The position numbers and the translations under genes were made by a program. A stretch of DNA of 63,861 nucleotides, the filler included, from Hyphochytrium catenoides (lineage: Eukaryota; Protista; Hyphochytriomycota): assembly GCA_900088475.1 (NCBI GenBank). It is 14 parts of 14 records of this genome, joined end to end, with 100 filler letters (N's around TTAATTAATTAA, not from the genome) between each part and the next. Parts side by side here need not be neighbours in the genome. Positions count along the whole stretch, not along the records: positions 32,619 to 39,465 come from FLMG01000948.1; positions 39,566 to 55,461 come from FLMG01004633.1; 12 more parts are not named here. The stretch is one strand, 5' to 3'. Of the stretch, positions 36,956-50,845 are shown one piece after another. Within the stretch, counting starts at the first letter, position 1, and the number at the start of each line of letters is the position of its first letter. Under the pieces are notes generated by a model. That model was not told the DNA's origin. It did not search any database and saw only the letters and a list, made by a program, of their open reading frames with translations.

Positions 36956-38256
36956 ATGAGAACTAAGTACAACTATCATACTCTCGTCTTTCTTAGTGGA
37001 AAAAGAAGAAAAGGAGGGTGGCAAACAAGAGTCCCACTCGCTCTTTCGGTGGCCCTGCTCCTGGTCCTCGAAGCGTTTGCTGCACAACCTTCAGCAGCGT
37101 CCCGTTCAACGCATTTGGTGCCTGAGAGCCATCCTCAGACCAATGGATTTCAGACTTCCCAGTTAACATTCATGGAGGATAGCTGTAGGCCCTTAACCTC
37201 TAGGCCAGGGACCATTCAGTCCGGCTGTGGAGTGGATGCAGAACAGCCAAACTTCGATGGTACCCCTCACGGACTAATCGCCTCTGTCACCTGCTTCTAT
37301 AGAAAGCTCGCTGACATTAATCCTTCAGTCTTCGGGGCAAGGAGAGGTTTCCAAGGCAGGAATGGAGAATCCACCGTGCTCACGGGGCTTCAAGTGACCT
37401 ATCGCCAGCCGTTCGGTGCAAGAGTAGAAAAGAACATCACCTATGGAGCAATTGATGACCTTGGGGACCAGAAAGCGGTTCTAGCATTAGGGGAGGGAGA
37501 CTTCCTCGTCTCCTACACGATCACCGCAGCCAATGACGTGGTGGATACTCTACAGCTGAAGACAAGCAAAAACCTGACGCTAAACTGCTTTGATCAAGGA
37601 GCCACAGCGGCAACGCGGAAATTCGTTGGCAATGCCGCCAGCGATAACTTCTACGGAGCCTTTCTTGGCTATGAAGTGACCTCCACCGTCCCCTTACCGC
37701 CGATGGAGAATGGGGACGCAAGAAAGTGTCTGGTACCAACAGGAATCGTGATGCTGGCCCTCCTAGAGTTCCCAGGTGAAAAGCTTAACCTTGACGTCGT
37801 TGCGCCTGTTTACTGATGACATTTATACCGTTCCCCGTGTCTCTATATTTACTCCATCCCTCAGTGTCTTCTTGCTATGGTCTCACCACGGAGGCTGAGA
37901 AGGAAAAGAGCCAGTCACAAGATGACCCAGTCCAAGGTCATGCGAACAAGAACGAGGAAGAAGACAAGGACGGCCAAGACAGGAATAGAAAAGGCTGGAT
38001 TGTTCCTCTGTTGGCTTGCATCGCAGGGGCATGCTTAGCTTCTCTAGTCCTAGCAATAATGTTGCGCCGAAGGCGGCTTCAACGAGAAAACCCTCATCAT
38101 TCAGACGACGTCGAATTTACGGTGACGTCCTCTAGGAACACGGCCTCTGGTGGTTCCACAGCGCCGCCCCTCAAGGTCATTGCCCATCATCAACAAACAA
38201 AACCCAGCGCTACGATGGGGAAATACTATCAGTACAAGCCACAAAGCTTCTCCTGA
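36956..38256 (+). CDS. Type I membrane protein with jacalin-like lectin ectodomain
   Basis: ATG 36956. Hydrophobic signal LALSVALLLVLEAFAA. LTGLQVTY..LALGEGDFLV..VVDTLQLKTSK..FLGY beta-prism-like pattern. Intron 37776-37864 joins EFP|VSSCYG in frame. TM segment WIVPLLACIAGACLASLVLAIML followed by RRRR. Confidence 0.7.
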
Positions 38257-40570
38257 AGAAAAAGTGAGCTGCCGTTACCTTGTTAGGTCTCCAAAACTGT
38301 CATTTGCTATCTCATTGTCAGCCTTCTGTTAATCGCCTCTTTGTTCTCATGTCTCTGTTAAGAACGTCGGTCTATCCCTTCCTGCTGCTTTACGTACTCT
38401 TGTTATGATCATGGCGATTGTTTCTCTTATAAATCAGGAAAGGAACGTGAACTTAAGTGTCTCTAATGAAGTACATAGCTATCTTCTGTCCCGAGAACTA
38501 AGTTGGAGAGAACAGATGTTTGCATTTGGCACCGCATCTTAGCCAACGGTGGCATTGCATTCACTACCTCCGTTCAGTCCCCGCCAACTCTCGGTCCTAA
38601 AAGCATCACGGGGAAAAGATGATGACGACGCTGCATGCGTACCACCACGATTAGAAGAGTACTAATCGCTCACTCCGTATGACGACAAGGATCACTCGTC
38701 TGTCCGGAAGGTGCTTGCTCACCGAGGTTCCGTTGACGAGATGAGCATAACAGAAGAATCCCGATAGTGGTAAGATGATAAACAGATCGGCAGAGCGGCC
38801 TGGGATTTTACCCCCCCGATGTAGATGGACTAATACCGGCAAAGCAGAAAGAGTAATAATAGCATGGCAGGCAGCTGAAAGCTTCCCTAGAAGGTGGAGG
38901 GGAAGAGAACCTTATCCGGTTTTAGGCATGATGGGCAGAGCAGAGCATGCTGAGAGCGTGCTGTTCCCGATAGTGACATAGTGAAGTGTCTCTATGAGGG
39001 GGCTGGTGTGGCCTCTAGGAAGACGGGCAGCCAACCAGGGAACCTCCGCATCTTGCAATGATAAGCTCTCTTTAGCAGAACTCTTTCTAATCCTTAGCAT
39101 GCACCACGTACCGCTTGCCAATCCTCAACCCTCTCTTCTCCATTCTCATGAGGCTGATGACGGCATCAATTATTCGAAAAGAGGCTCCGTTCAAAGGTGA
39201 AGGCTTGCAGTCACTATCCTCCTACCACCAGATCTCGCTAGCGAAGCCAGCGACGCACTGATTTCTCGCAGCCATCTCTGGGCCTGCAGTGCTCTCTGCC
39301 TCCCACAGTGCTTCATTCCGATTCTTTGACTTCTGAGAAAGAAGCAGCAGCATCTCTCCCTGTCCAAGTCTCTGTCTCTCTCGTCGTTCTGTACAGTAAG
39401 TTCCAGGGTTTCGACTCTTTGCGAGATTGCAAATTGCACCCCTGCAAATTGCATGCAAATTGCGTNNNNNNNNNNNNNNNNNNNNNNNNNNNNNNNNNNN
39501 NNNNNNNNNTTAATTAATTAANNNNNNNNNNNNNNNNNNNNNNNNNNNNNNNNNNNNNNNNNNNNAGAGAGAGAGAGAGGGAGAGAAAGAGAAAGAGAAA
39601 GAGAAAAGAGAGAGAGAGGGAGAGAGAAAGAAAGAGAAAAAGAAAGAAGAGCAAAACAAATAGGCTCCAAAGCGTAATAGACACATTAAGTTACTTCTTT
39701 GTTTTCCTTATGACTCCTCCTTTTTATGATAGACTGTACGACTTGAGTTTGTATATTCCTTCAAATAGGGTGATAACAACAGTAAAACAGTAGAGACAAA
39801 ACTGTAGAATTGAATAAATAATATGTAAGAGGGAAAAAGGGAGAGAGAGAGAGCAAGAGAGAGAAAGATGGGCAAATGAGAGAGAGAGAGAGAGACAGAC
39901 AGACAAACAGACAGAGAGAGAGAAAGAGAAAATGGAAGAGAACAAAAGGATGTGGCTCCACGCCTCGTCGTCCTGCAGTACAGAAGCGTGTGGTGGATCT
40001 TTCGCAGAACACGCAGCACTTGTCTTCTCTCTCTATTTTTTCCTCTCTTTACCTATAAGGAAAAAGAGCTCTTTCTCGCTCTATAGTGTCCTCTGGGCCG
40101 TTTAACCTTCTCTTTTCCCATGTTCTTTCCTCTTCGCTCACTTTATCTTAGGCCGGCCCTTGTAATGGAAGGGCCCTTGTAGGTGACACGCGCGAAAAGG
40201 AATCAGCTTGTCTCTCTCTCTCTCTCTCTCTCTTTCTCTCATGCTTCCCTTACTTGTGTCTCTCTCCTCTACACCAATTGGGTGTTCCTGTCTCTTCTTC
40301 TGCTGGCGGTCATCTCTCCTTCTCCAATGCTGTTCGTCGCCAGCTCTGCCACCAAAACGAGGGAAGAGAAGCTTATAAGGCAATTTTCTCCATTTTTGAC
40401 GCTTTGTCAAGCTTGGCAGGAGAAGGAATGGAAGCGAATGGAGAGGAGATAGAAAGACCCCCAGAGAGAGAGAGAGAGAGACGCAGGGACAGAGACAGAG
40501 AGAGAAGAAGAGGAGAGACAGCAAAGAGTGAGGGCCACCGTTTTTTCCACCTCCATAAGATCTTTATGAT

Positions 40571-41130
40571 GACCAAAACCTTTCACCATTCAAAGGAAAA
40601 GGGAAAATGTTCATGATACAACTTAACGTTGGCCCTTTCCCTTTCTTTTCCCTCTCTCTCTCCTTCTCTTTCCCCGCTGTTATTCTTCGTCCTTGCTGAT
40701 GACGGTTGAACAGATGGAGGAAGGTCCTTCCAGGAGGAGGAGCAGGACCGCATCCGACCCCTAAGCCATCATCTCTCTTCGTGCCCGCGCAACAGCAACG
40801 TTAAACCTACCCAGCCCTACTAGAGAGAAAAGAGAGAGAGAAGGAGAGAAAGAGAGACCGAGAAGTAGAGAAAGGGAGGGGGGAGCATGATGCCTGAGAA
40901 GATATAAAAGAAGATAGAAGATAAGAAACCGGAAGAACGGGAGAGAAAATAAAGAGAAGAAGGGAAACCACCCCCACAAAGAGGAGAGAAGAGAAGAGAA
41001 GAGAGAGAAAGGATAGAGAAAGAGAGACCAAAAGCTTTTGCCATTCAAAGGAAAAGGGAACATGTTAATGATGATACTCTCCCCCGTCGCGGTCTCTGTT
41101 GCGTCTTTCTCTTTCTTTTTCTTTTTCTTT

Positions 41131-41201
<71 letters not shown>

Positions 41202-41555
41202 CCGCGCTGCTATTCTCCGTCCCTGCTGATGACGGTTGAACAGATGGAGGAAGGTCCTTCCTGGAGGAGCAGGCAGGACCGCATCCCGACCCCACCAGGC
41301 CATCTCTCTTCGTGCCCGTAACATCACGTTCTTCAAACCCACCCAGCCCTAGAGGAAAAGGGAGAGGGAAAGGAGAGAAAGAGAGACCCAGAAGTGAAAG
41401 AAAGAGGGGAGGAAGCATGATGCCAGAGAAGAAGATATAAAGGAAGATAGATAGATTGTTGAAAGAACGGGAGAGATAAAGAGAAGAAAGAGAAACACAC
41501 CCACAGAAAGGAGAGAGAGAGAGAAAAAGGGAGATAGAAAGAAAGAGAGAGACTC
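40571..41555. repeat. Diverged tandem duplication (~455 bp and ~530 bp copies)
   Basis: CCATTCAAAGGAAAAGGGAA, GCTGATGACGGTTGAACAGATGGAGGAAGGTCCTTCC, CATCTCTCTTCGTGCCCG and AGCATGATGCC each occur twice in the same order. Confidence 0.85.
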
Positions 41556-42259
41556 TCTAAAAAAAACCCTTGCGGGTCCTGGCGGCGTGACTATCTCCTG
41601 CTTCCTGCTCTTGAAGGGGACGAACGTCCTGGAAAAATCAACGAGGCAATAGGGAAGAAACAATAATAAAGAGAACTGAGAGTGAGGTTGAAAATGATAA
41701 GCGAGGGAGGGAGAAGAGAGAAAATTGGACGAAGACTGATGAAAGAGGAGAGCGGAAGAAAAATTGCTTTTGAGAAAGAGAGAACGAGAAAGAGAGAGAG
41801 AGAGAGAGAGGTAAAAAGCGAAGAAGCTGCAAGCTGCTGAAAACAACTGTCTTCTTCTCTCTGTTATTCATCTCTTTCTCTTCGTTGTTGTTGATTGTCT
41901 TGACACTGAAGAGTAGCGTTTCTCTTCTTGTTTTCTCTCTCCTTTTCTCCTTTCTCTCTTTCTCTTTTCTCTCTCTTTCTCTTCCTCTGTGTCTTATCTT
42001 TCTTTCTCTCCCCCTCTCTCTCTCCCCCTCTCTCTCACACTCTCTGTCTCTCTCTCTCTTTCTCTCTCTCTCCTCTCTCTCTCTCTCTCTTTTTCTCCCT
42101 TCATTCTCCCTCTCCCTGGTTTCTTGACATGTTCAAAATAGAACCAGTGTCTGCTTATATCTCTTCTATGCCTGGCAAGATAGACGCTCCTCTCTTCTTC
42201 GGCTACTTCTTTATAAAAGATCCTCTCTCCTTCCCTTCTCTTTCTCTCCTCTCTCCTCT

Positions 42260-42296
<37 letters not shown>

Positions 42297-43725
42297 ATTT
42301 CTCCTGCTTCTATGATATTATATATATATATGCGGTGTCTTCTCTCTCTCTCCTTCCTCTTCCTCCCATACCACTATTTTGTCTTCATTCTTCTCCATCT
42401 CTCTCTACTATCTAGTCTCTCTACTATCTAGTCACTCTCTCTCTCGCTCTCGGTCTCTCTCGCTCTCTCTTTGTTTCTCTTAGGACAATGAGACTCTCTT
42501 CTTTTTTCTTGGAAAAGTTTCACTAGTCTGTCTTGCTCTTCTCATCTCTTCAGGGACCTTCTTTCTCTCTTTCCGTCGAACCCTTCGTCTGCGGTATTTC
42601 CTGGTGGGTTAATAATCTATTGGCCTGACTAGCGATTCGTCCATGTCTTTTTTGTCTTCTTCCTTTTGGCGCTCGCTTGCCTCTCTCTGTCTCTCTCCGT
42701 GTCTCTCTCTTCTCTCTCTCTCTCTCTCATTTCTTCCTTTTCTCGATTTTCTTTCGTCGGTTTCAATGTCAACTGTGTTTGCGCTCTGGTCTTTCACTTT
42801 CTCCCTCGTTTTCTCTCTGACACCCTCTCACTCTCCCTCTTTCTGTCTTTGGAGAGAACCGGTAGAAAGAAGAAGAGCATAGTTTTAGTCCCCCAACTCT
42901 CTAAGATCTCTCTTCTCTCTCTTAACCTTTGGTTCTTACTCTCGTTCTCTCTTCCAATGTGTAAGCTAAGGCTCTATTTCGGTCCACTCTGTCTTGCAGT
43001 CTACATTCAGACGAGTTCTTTCCTTCTCTGTTCGTCTCACTCACTCGCTCCTCTGTCTTTCTTACTTTTCTCCTCAATATGATGATAGTACATGTCCTAC
43101 AGTTCTTCCTTTCTCTCCTTTTCGCTTACTTTCTGATTGCCGCCCTTCCGATTTTCTCTTCTTCCTTGATGTGGTGCTGGTCCTTCCTGACTGGTTCTTT
43201 TCTCTTCTACGGTGTCGTTCTTCCCCTCTCTTTCTTTCCATACTTTCTTTTTCTGTCTTTTCTGTCGTTTTCTCTCTTTTTCTCTTTCTCTCTCTTTCTC
43301 TCTCTCTCTCTTTCCCGTCTCTCTCTTCTTTTTTTTTGAAGAAGAGAAGCTCTTTCATTGTCTCATCAGTCGTCTCTTATTATCATCACCGCTATATCTT
43401 CGTATATTGACAACTGTGATGCCCGTCACTCTTTCTTCCTCGTTCTTCGTCTTGCAGTTGTTGTCTTCCTTGTTATTTCTCTCTCTCTCGATGTGTTTCC
43501 GTTTTCTTCTTCTTTCTTTCCTTCAGAGCGTAGGCTCAGTGTCCCTTTATTTGTTTATTTTCGCTTTTGCTGTTCGCCTCTTTTCTTCTTTCTCTCTTTG
43601 TCTCTTTCTCTCTCTCACTTTGCAATCATCGCTTGCCTCTCCTCTTCCCACTGCTATATTGAGGGAGAGAAGGAAAAACGATAGAAAATATGGATAAGAA
43701 AGAAGTGAAAGAACGCTTGGCTGAG

Positions 43726-43757
<32 letters not shown>

Positions 43758-43880
43758 GAGAAAGAGGACAGAGAGATTAAAATAGTCTGGAGTCTACGCG
43801 CTGACCTTATTTGTCTTCCCTTCTGGGAGAAAGTGCAAGAGAGTGAGAAAGAAAGAGTCTAGGTTCGTTAACTAAGTGCC

Positions 43881-43927
<47 letters not shown>

Positions 43928-44270
43928 CTCTCTCTCACGGCCCTCGTCCCTCTCCCCTCTCTCTCTCCCCGTCCCTCTCTCTCTGACCCCCTCTCGCCCT
44001 CCTCCACGCCTGCCTTTCTGTGTCGCAGAGAAAATCATCTGTTTGTCAAATTTGTCTCGCGTCTCTCTTGCCTTTGATGTCGTTGCTGCTGTGTCTCTCT
44101 TTTGATTTCCCTTCTATTTCCCCTTCTTCTTTTCCTCACTTGGGCTGCTTGCCTTTCTTCCCTGTCTCTCGCCATGCCGCCTCATCTCTTTTGATTATCT
44201 ATAACCTCTCCCTTTCTCTCTCTCTCTCTCTCTCTCACTTCTCTCTCTCTCTTTCTCACCGTCTCTCTCG

Positions 44271-44306
<36 letters not shown>

Positions 44307-45099
44307 CTTTCTTCTACCTTTCTGCCTCGAGGTCTCATTCCCTTCGCTTCGCATCCCTTAGAAATATGTTGGCTCCTTATGAGAGAGTATTGCATTATCC
44401 TTGATGAGTATTTGGAATCCATGGCCTAAGAGCTATATTATTCAGAATAAATACATACCTGTACAGAAGTGGCCCCTAAAGATGGGATAAATGTAACGGA
44501 TGAGAGTCAGTGGAGGAAGAGGAGAGAAAGAGACAGCAGAGAGAGAGACAGACAGACAGACAGACAGCAGAGAGAGGGAGAGGCAGACAGACAGAGAGCG
44601 AGAGAGAGAGAGACAGAGGGGAGAGAGAGAGACAGAAAGAGAATCAGAGAGAGAGTCAGAGAGAGACGAGAGGGAGAAGACAGAGCAGCAAGGAAAGTTG
44701 CTCCAAGCGTAGCTGTGAAGATGCACAAAGAATGGAAATGGAGGAATGGAGAACAACGGGCAACAAGCAAAAAAGAGACACTGAGAGCGGGAGAGAGAGA
44801 GAGAGAGAGGGGGGGAGAGAGAGAAAAAGGAGGGGACACAGAGAATGAAGAGGAGGGACAGAGAGGAGAGAGAGAGGAGAGAGAGAGGAGAGAGAGAGGG
44901 CTGAAAGTGGGCTTCAACCTTAGGCGATAGATGAAAAAGAGGACGGCTGAACTCCTTGACCCTCCCACAATGTTAAGCTGCACTTGCGGGAGGGAGGAAG
45001 AAGAAGGAAGGAATGAAAAGAGAGAAAGAGGAGAATAAGGAGAAGAGGGAAGGAAAGGAAGGGAGAAAAAGGGAGAACGAAATGAATAGGGAAGAGAAA

Positions 45100-45162
<63 letters not shown>

Positions 45163-45507
45163 GAAAGGCTGTGACATGAAGGCGTACGCTTCTTCCATTC
45201 CCGCTTTGTTCTCTCCTTTACTCTATAAATCCCTCTTATTCCCTGGTTACCAGCACTCCTATGCTAACACTAAGGGTTTTTTTTTAACGCTAACTCTCTC
45301 CCTCTCTCTTCTCTGATCTGTCTCTCTTTTTACCCTCTCCCTCCCCACCAACGTCCTCGTCTCTCTCTTCACTCTCTCTCTCTCTCTCTCTTACTGTCTC
45401 TCGTCTTCGCTCCCATTCCTCTCACGTTTTTTTGTCTTCTGTCTCTCGTCCTTGCTGGTCTTCGCTTGTTCCTCCGAGCAGCTGCCAGCCTTTCGATGGC
45501 CTGGCCC

Positions 45508-45584
<77 letters not shown>

Positions 45585-46023
45585 GTCTGCCTCTTAAGAA
45601 TCATTGCAGGAGAAGGAATTAGAGGGACAAAAGAAGAGAGAGAGAGAAGAGGGAGAATTCGGGAGAGAGACAGAGAGAGAAAGAAGGGCGAGGGCAAGAA
45701 GGAAGCACGAAAGAGAAGAGAGAAGGTTGTGTCACCTGGTCATCAGGATACCAAGATACCAGCAGGGAGCCGGGCGACCATGAGAGGGAGCACCATGGAG
45801 CTTCCCTTTTGAAGGAGAGAACGTTGGGACGGACCGGAAAATGTTTTTATAAGTAGGGAGAGAGAGGAGAAAATATAGAGAAAAAGAAAAGGAGAGAGAG
45901 AGAGAGAGAGGAGGGAGAGAGAGTTTTAGAAGTGGAAGTTGACTTTTCGTGAGCCCGAGCCTCGGTTGATAGGAGACTTGTCACCTCAATGCTTCGGGAG
46001 GAGAGAGAGGGAAGAGGAAAAAC

Positions 46024-46055
<32 letters not shown>

Positions 46056-47330
46056 AGAGAGAGAGGAAGGCGGCATGGGAGAGAGAGAGAGAGAGAGAGA
46101 TGACCTTTCGTCCATTTAACTGTTCAAGAGGATACGCCTCTCATTAGCCCGAGCCAACATGTCCTGTTGGGGATCGGTCAGCAGCCATCACAGAAAGCTT
46201 TGCCGGGATGTCTCTATTTCTCTTCTCTCTTTCTCTCCTCTCTCTCTCTCTCCCTCTCTCTCTCCTTCTTTCCCTCTCTCTCTCTCCGTCCTGGTTGTCT
46301 CTTCTGAGGTCAGCGCTAGTGTTCAGAATGGGCTGAGCCCCCGCGGGCCTCTTCTTTTTCTCTTGTTTATCTTCTTCCGTTTCTCTCTGATTCCTCTCTC
46401 TTCTCTCTGCTGTATCTAATAAACTAACTGTCTTTCACTTCTCTTTAGTCCCTTTCTTGGTCTCAGCGACGTTGTTTATCTTTTGCCCTCTTCCCTAAAA
46501 GCTTCGTCATGATGCTCGCAGTCTGGCGCAGTATAAATGATGACAAGAGAGTGAGAGAAGAGAGAGGAGAGAGAGGAGAGAGAGAGAGACAGAGAGAGAG
46601 AAACAACAGAGAGAGAGAAAGAGAGAGAGAAAGAGAGAAATGGCACAGCATAAATGACAAGAGAGTGAGAGAAGGGTGAGCAGAGAGAAAGAAGAGAGAG
46701 ACAGAGAGAGGCAGTGAGAGAGAGAGAGAGAGAAAGAGGAAAGGAGTGAGGCTTCTTGGCGCTGCAGCTTTGATGTGGCGCCTTTTGCCGCCAAACGCAC
46801 TCATTTCCCTCTCTCTCTTCTTGCTTCTCCATCTCTTGCTCCGGTTTGTCTAATCTCTGGTACTCTGTCCTCTGCCTCTGTCTCCCTTCCTCTCTCTCTC
46901 TTCCTCTCTCTCTCTCTCTCTCTGTCCTCTTTCTTCTCTATGCCGCTGCTCTTCCCTCTCTCTTTCTGTCAAACAAAACATTTGTCTCTCATTTCCTGTC
47001 TCTCACATGCTGGCCCTCCATACGATCAGTGTAGGTAGACAGAGGAAGCTACGAGAGAGAGGTACCCAAGAAAGAGAAAGGAGAGAGAGGAAAAAGGAGA
47101 CAGAGGCAGATAACAGAGAGTGATAAGAGACAGAGAGAATGTGAGAGAGAGAGAGAGAGTGAGAGAAACAAAGAGAGAGAGAGAGAGAGTGAGACAGAGA
47201 GAGAGAGAGGATGGCGCTCCGCCCTTTCTGTTCGGTCGTTCCATTTCGAACCCATGGGGCGTCCCTCCTATGTCCCAAGGCAAGAGGCTGAATCATCTCC
47301 AAGAAAAGAGGGTTCTTCTACATAATTTTC

Positions 47331-47368
<38 letters not shown>

Positions 47369-48742
47369 GTCTCTCTGTCTCTCTCTTCTCTCTTGTCTTC
47401 CTCTCCTGACCTCTCTTGTATTCTCTTTATGTCGCTTCTCTCTCTCTCGCTCTTTCTCTCCTCTCCTCTCTCTGTCTCTTTCTTTCTCTCTTTCCTCCTT
47501 TTACCTCTTTTTTCTCTCTCTCTCCCTCTATGAAATCTCTCTTCCTTGTTGTTTCTTTCCTCTTCTGGCCCTCATCACAAACAAGAGCAAAAGATGGCGA
47601 CTTTTTTCGATGCGAGGAGTCCAGAGATGGAGGAAGTGAGACATCTCAAAGATAACGAGAGAGACAGAGAGAAAGAGAGAAAAAATGAAAGCGTAAAAAA
47701 GAAGAGAAAGAGACAGAGAGAGAGAGAAAGCGAGAAATAAATAAGTGGAAGGGGTAAACAGAGAAGGGAGTAAGAGTGCGCGAAGACTTCTATGAATGGA
47801 TAAAAGGAAACAAGGATTTTATCGTTATCTGGTTGTAATATATGGTTTTAATTCTGGGATTTTCAACTTTTATAAGGGACTTTTACTTTTGGTAGAGATA
47901 AAGAAGGGACAGGTAACCTGTATGACTCCATGATAGGCATTTTTATGTAAAGAGAAATTCTTTTATTTGTCTTCGCGCTGTTTCAGGAAAGATTGAATAA
48001 AAGACCATCAAATATGCAAAACACTAAAACTATTTTTATAGAGTTTGTTGTGTGAGTGATGGCATTTTCACCTTTCTCTGGATCCAGAACGCTGCCCAAC
48101 TGAAAATGGTAAGATTAAAGATAAACGTTTTATTTATCCCTGATGAAGGAGCGATCTCGATCGTTCTCCTTTTTGCAAGGTGATTCGAAAGTCGCGTGTT
48201 GTTTGCTTCTCTCACTCTCTCTCACTCTCTCTCTCTCTCTCTCTCGTCAACACTTTCGAACTCACTCCAGCTCGACCATTCGCTCAGCTGCTGAGCGGAC
48301 GAAGAGGAAAGAGGCAGGGGAGGCCTTTGTCCGTGTATCAGGTGGATCTCCATCCGGCCTCTTTCCTGCCGTTCTCTCTCTGTGTGTCTCTCTCTCTCTT
48401 TTGTGGAGGTTTCTGTGAACTTATCTGGTCCCTTCGAAGGAGGAAAGAGGCCTTCCTCTCTATCTCCTTCCGCCCTCTCCCCCTCCCTCCTCCCCGCATC
48501 AGTGACCCTTCGTTCTCGCCCTCAGGTTTGGTCACACTTTCTCCCTTCTTTTCTCTCTCTTCTTTCATCTCTTTTTCCTCTCACACTCTCTCTCTTCTCT
48601 CTTCCCTCTTTCACTCTCTCTCTTTGATTCTTTTTCCCTTTTCCCTCAATCAATGCCCTCGCGACTCCATCTTCTTCTTTTCCACTGTCGCCTCGCTCCC
48701 TCGTCCCTCTCAGTCCCCGGGCTACTGTCATACTCTTCTGTG

Positions 48743-48779
<37 letters not shown>

Positions 48780-49086
48780 CTGTCACACACTGTCGACTTT
48801 TCACTTTTTGCCTCCTCACATCTCTCCTCTGGGTCTCTCTTATCTTATCTTTCGATCATCATCCTCCTCGCTCCTGCAGATTGTTAGCTTGTTGGACGTG
48901 TTATTTCCTTCCTCTCATTCTTTCTCCCTCTTCCTTCTTATCTTTTTCTCTCGGCTCGGCCTTCTCTCTTCTCCACTCTCTCCGTCATTAGTCCTTGTCA
49001 CATACTTCGTAGCTTCTAGTGCGAAACCATTTATGTGATGGAGAGAGCGGACAGAGAGAGAAGAAGAGGAAGAAGAGAGAAAGAGC

Positions 49087-49120
<34 letters not shown>

Positions 49121-49476
49121 ACGACAGCGGTGGTGAAAGTTCTGCACGTGACCGCCGCGAGAAATGAAAGGATACGCGCCATCATCCTTGTCATTCCTCT
49201 CTCTTGTCTACTACCTACATCTCCCTCTCTCTTTCTCTCTTCTTTCATCTGACTCTTCCCAAGTGCCCCGCTCTCTCTTCCATGTCTGTTCATCTCTCTC
49301 TCTCTCTCTCCTCTGGATCTCTCTCCATGGTCCGTATCACATTGCTCTTCTGTTTACCACGTGCACCGCACTTCTTTCTCCTTTCTCTTCCTTTCTCTCT
49401 CATAGTTCAAAGTGCGCCGTACCAGACAAGAAGAAGCTATCGAAGACTCGATTTCTCTCTCTTTTCCAAGAAATTT

Positions 49477-49512
<36 letters not shown>

Positions 49513-49569
49513 CTCCCTCTTTTCTCGTCCACACTTAGCGTTACCTCTTCTTCTTTCTCTCTTTATGAG

Positions 49570-49665
49570 GAACTCACCGGATCTCTCTTTCTCTTGGTAG
49601 TTTGCCTCCATTTGACTGAACTCACCGGATCTCTCTTTCTCTTGGTAGTTTGCCTCCATTTGACT
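49570..49665. repeat. Exact 48-bp tandem duplication
   Basis: GAACTCACCGGATCTCTCTTTCTCTTGGTAGTTTGCCTCCATTTGACT twice in tandem. Confidence 0.9.
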
Positions 49666-49816
49666 CTGTCCTGTCATCTTCTCCCATTCTCTCTTTCTCT
49701 CTCTCTTTCTCTCTCTCCTACTCTTTTCCTGTCTCTCCCTCAAGGCCGAGGAAGGGGTCCATGCCCTTTCTCTCTCTTCTCTCTCCCTCTTCATTACTTT
49801 GGGAGTAGCAACGGAA

Positions 49817-50478
49817 ATGTGGTCGTCTCCCTCCCCAAAAAAGATTGAGACACACAATGTCTCTTCCCTCTCCTCCTATTCTCTCGCTTTCTCTCCTTCT
49901 TCCTCGTCTCTCCTCCAATGGCTCATCATTTTCTCCTCTTCTCTCTCTCTTCTGAGCACTTCCGCCGTGCTCTTACTCTTTTGCCTGCGACGCAGGAAGA
50001 GAGAGAGAGAAAGAGAGAGACGAGGAAACAAGGTCCTTCTCCTCTCCATGACAATAGTTGACTTTATAGCTGCTCTCGCACATGTCGCCGGGTAAGGCTA
50101 TATCTTCTCTGTTCTCTCTTTCCTTTTCTACCTCTCTCCCCCTTGACTACCTGTCCTTTCCTCTTTCCAAGTCGTCTCTCTCCCTCTCTCTCTTTCCCTC
50201 TTTCTCTCTCTTCTCNNNNNNNNNNNNNNNNNNNNNNNNNNNNNNNNNNNNNNNNNNNNNNNNNNNNNNNNNNNNNNNNNNNNNNNNNNNNNNNNNNNNN
50301 NNNNTCTCTTTTCCCTTTATGTCATCTCATCTTTCTCTCTCTTTACCTTACAGTCCCGCCGCAGCCAGGTCATCAGCTTTGTGTACAGCTCAAGGGTTTT
50401 TGCTTCAAGCTACAGACCTCGCGGTAAGAGAGAGAAAGAAGAAGATAGCAAAACATAATAAGAAAGAGAGAGAGAGAG

Positions 50479-50529
<51 letters not shown>

Positions 50530-50575
50530 ACTTGAGAGATGGAGCGAGAGGCACGGGGGGATAAAGTGGAGATAC

Positions 50576-50606
<31 letters not shown>

Positions 50607-50774
50607 CCAATCAGATAAGGAAGCCAGAAGAGGGAAGTGAGCGAAGCGATTATGGAAGATTAATAAAGAGAGAAACAAAGAGAGAGAAAGAGAGAAAGAC
50701 AGACAAGCAATTTGATGTCATGGAGTACCTCACATCCTAATGGTGTTCTCCTTTCCTCTGTCACTCTTCTTCTT

Positions 50775-50845
<71 letters not shown>

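Noticed and set aside
47760-48140. AT-rich island as a snoRNA cluster
   Set aside because: Only degenerate C boxes, no terminal stem and no recognisable rRNA-complementary guide.
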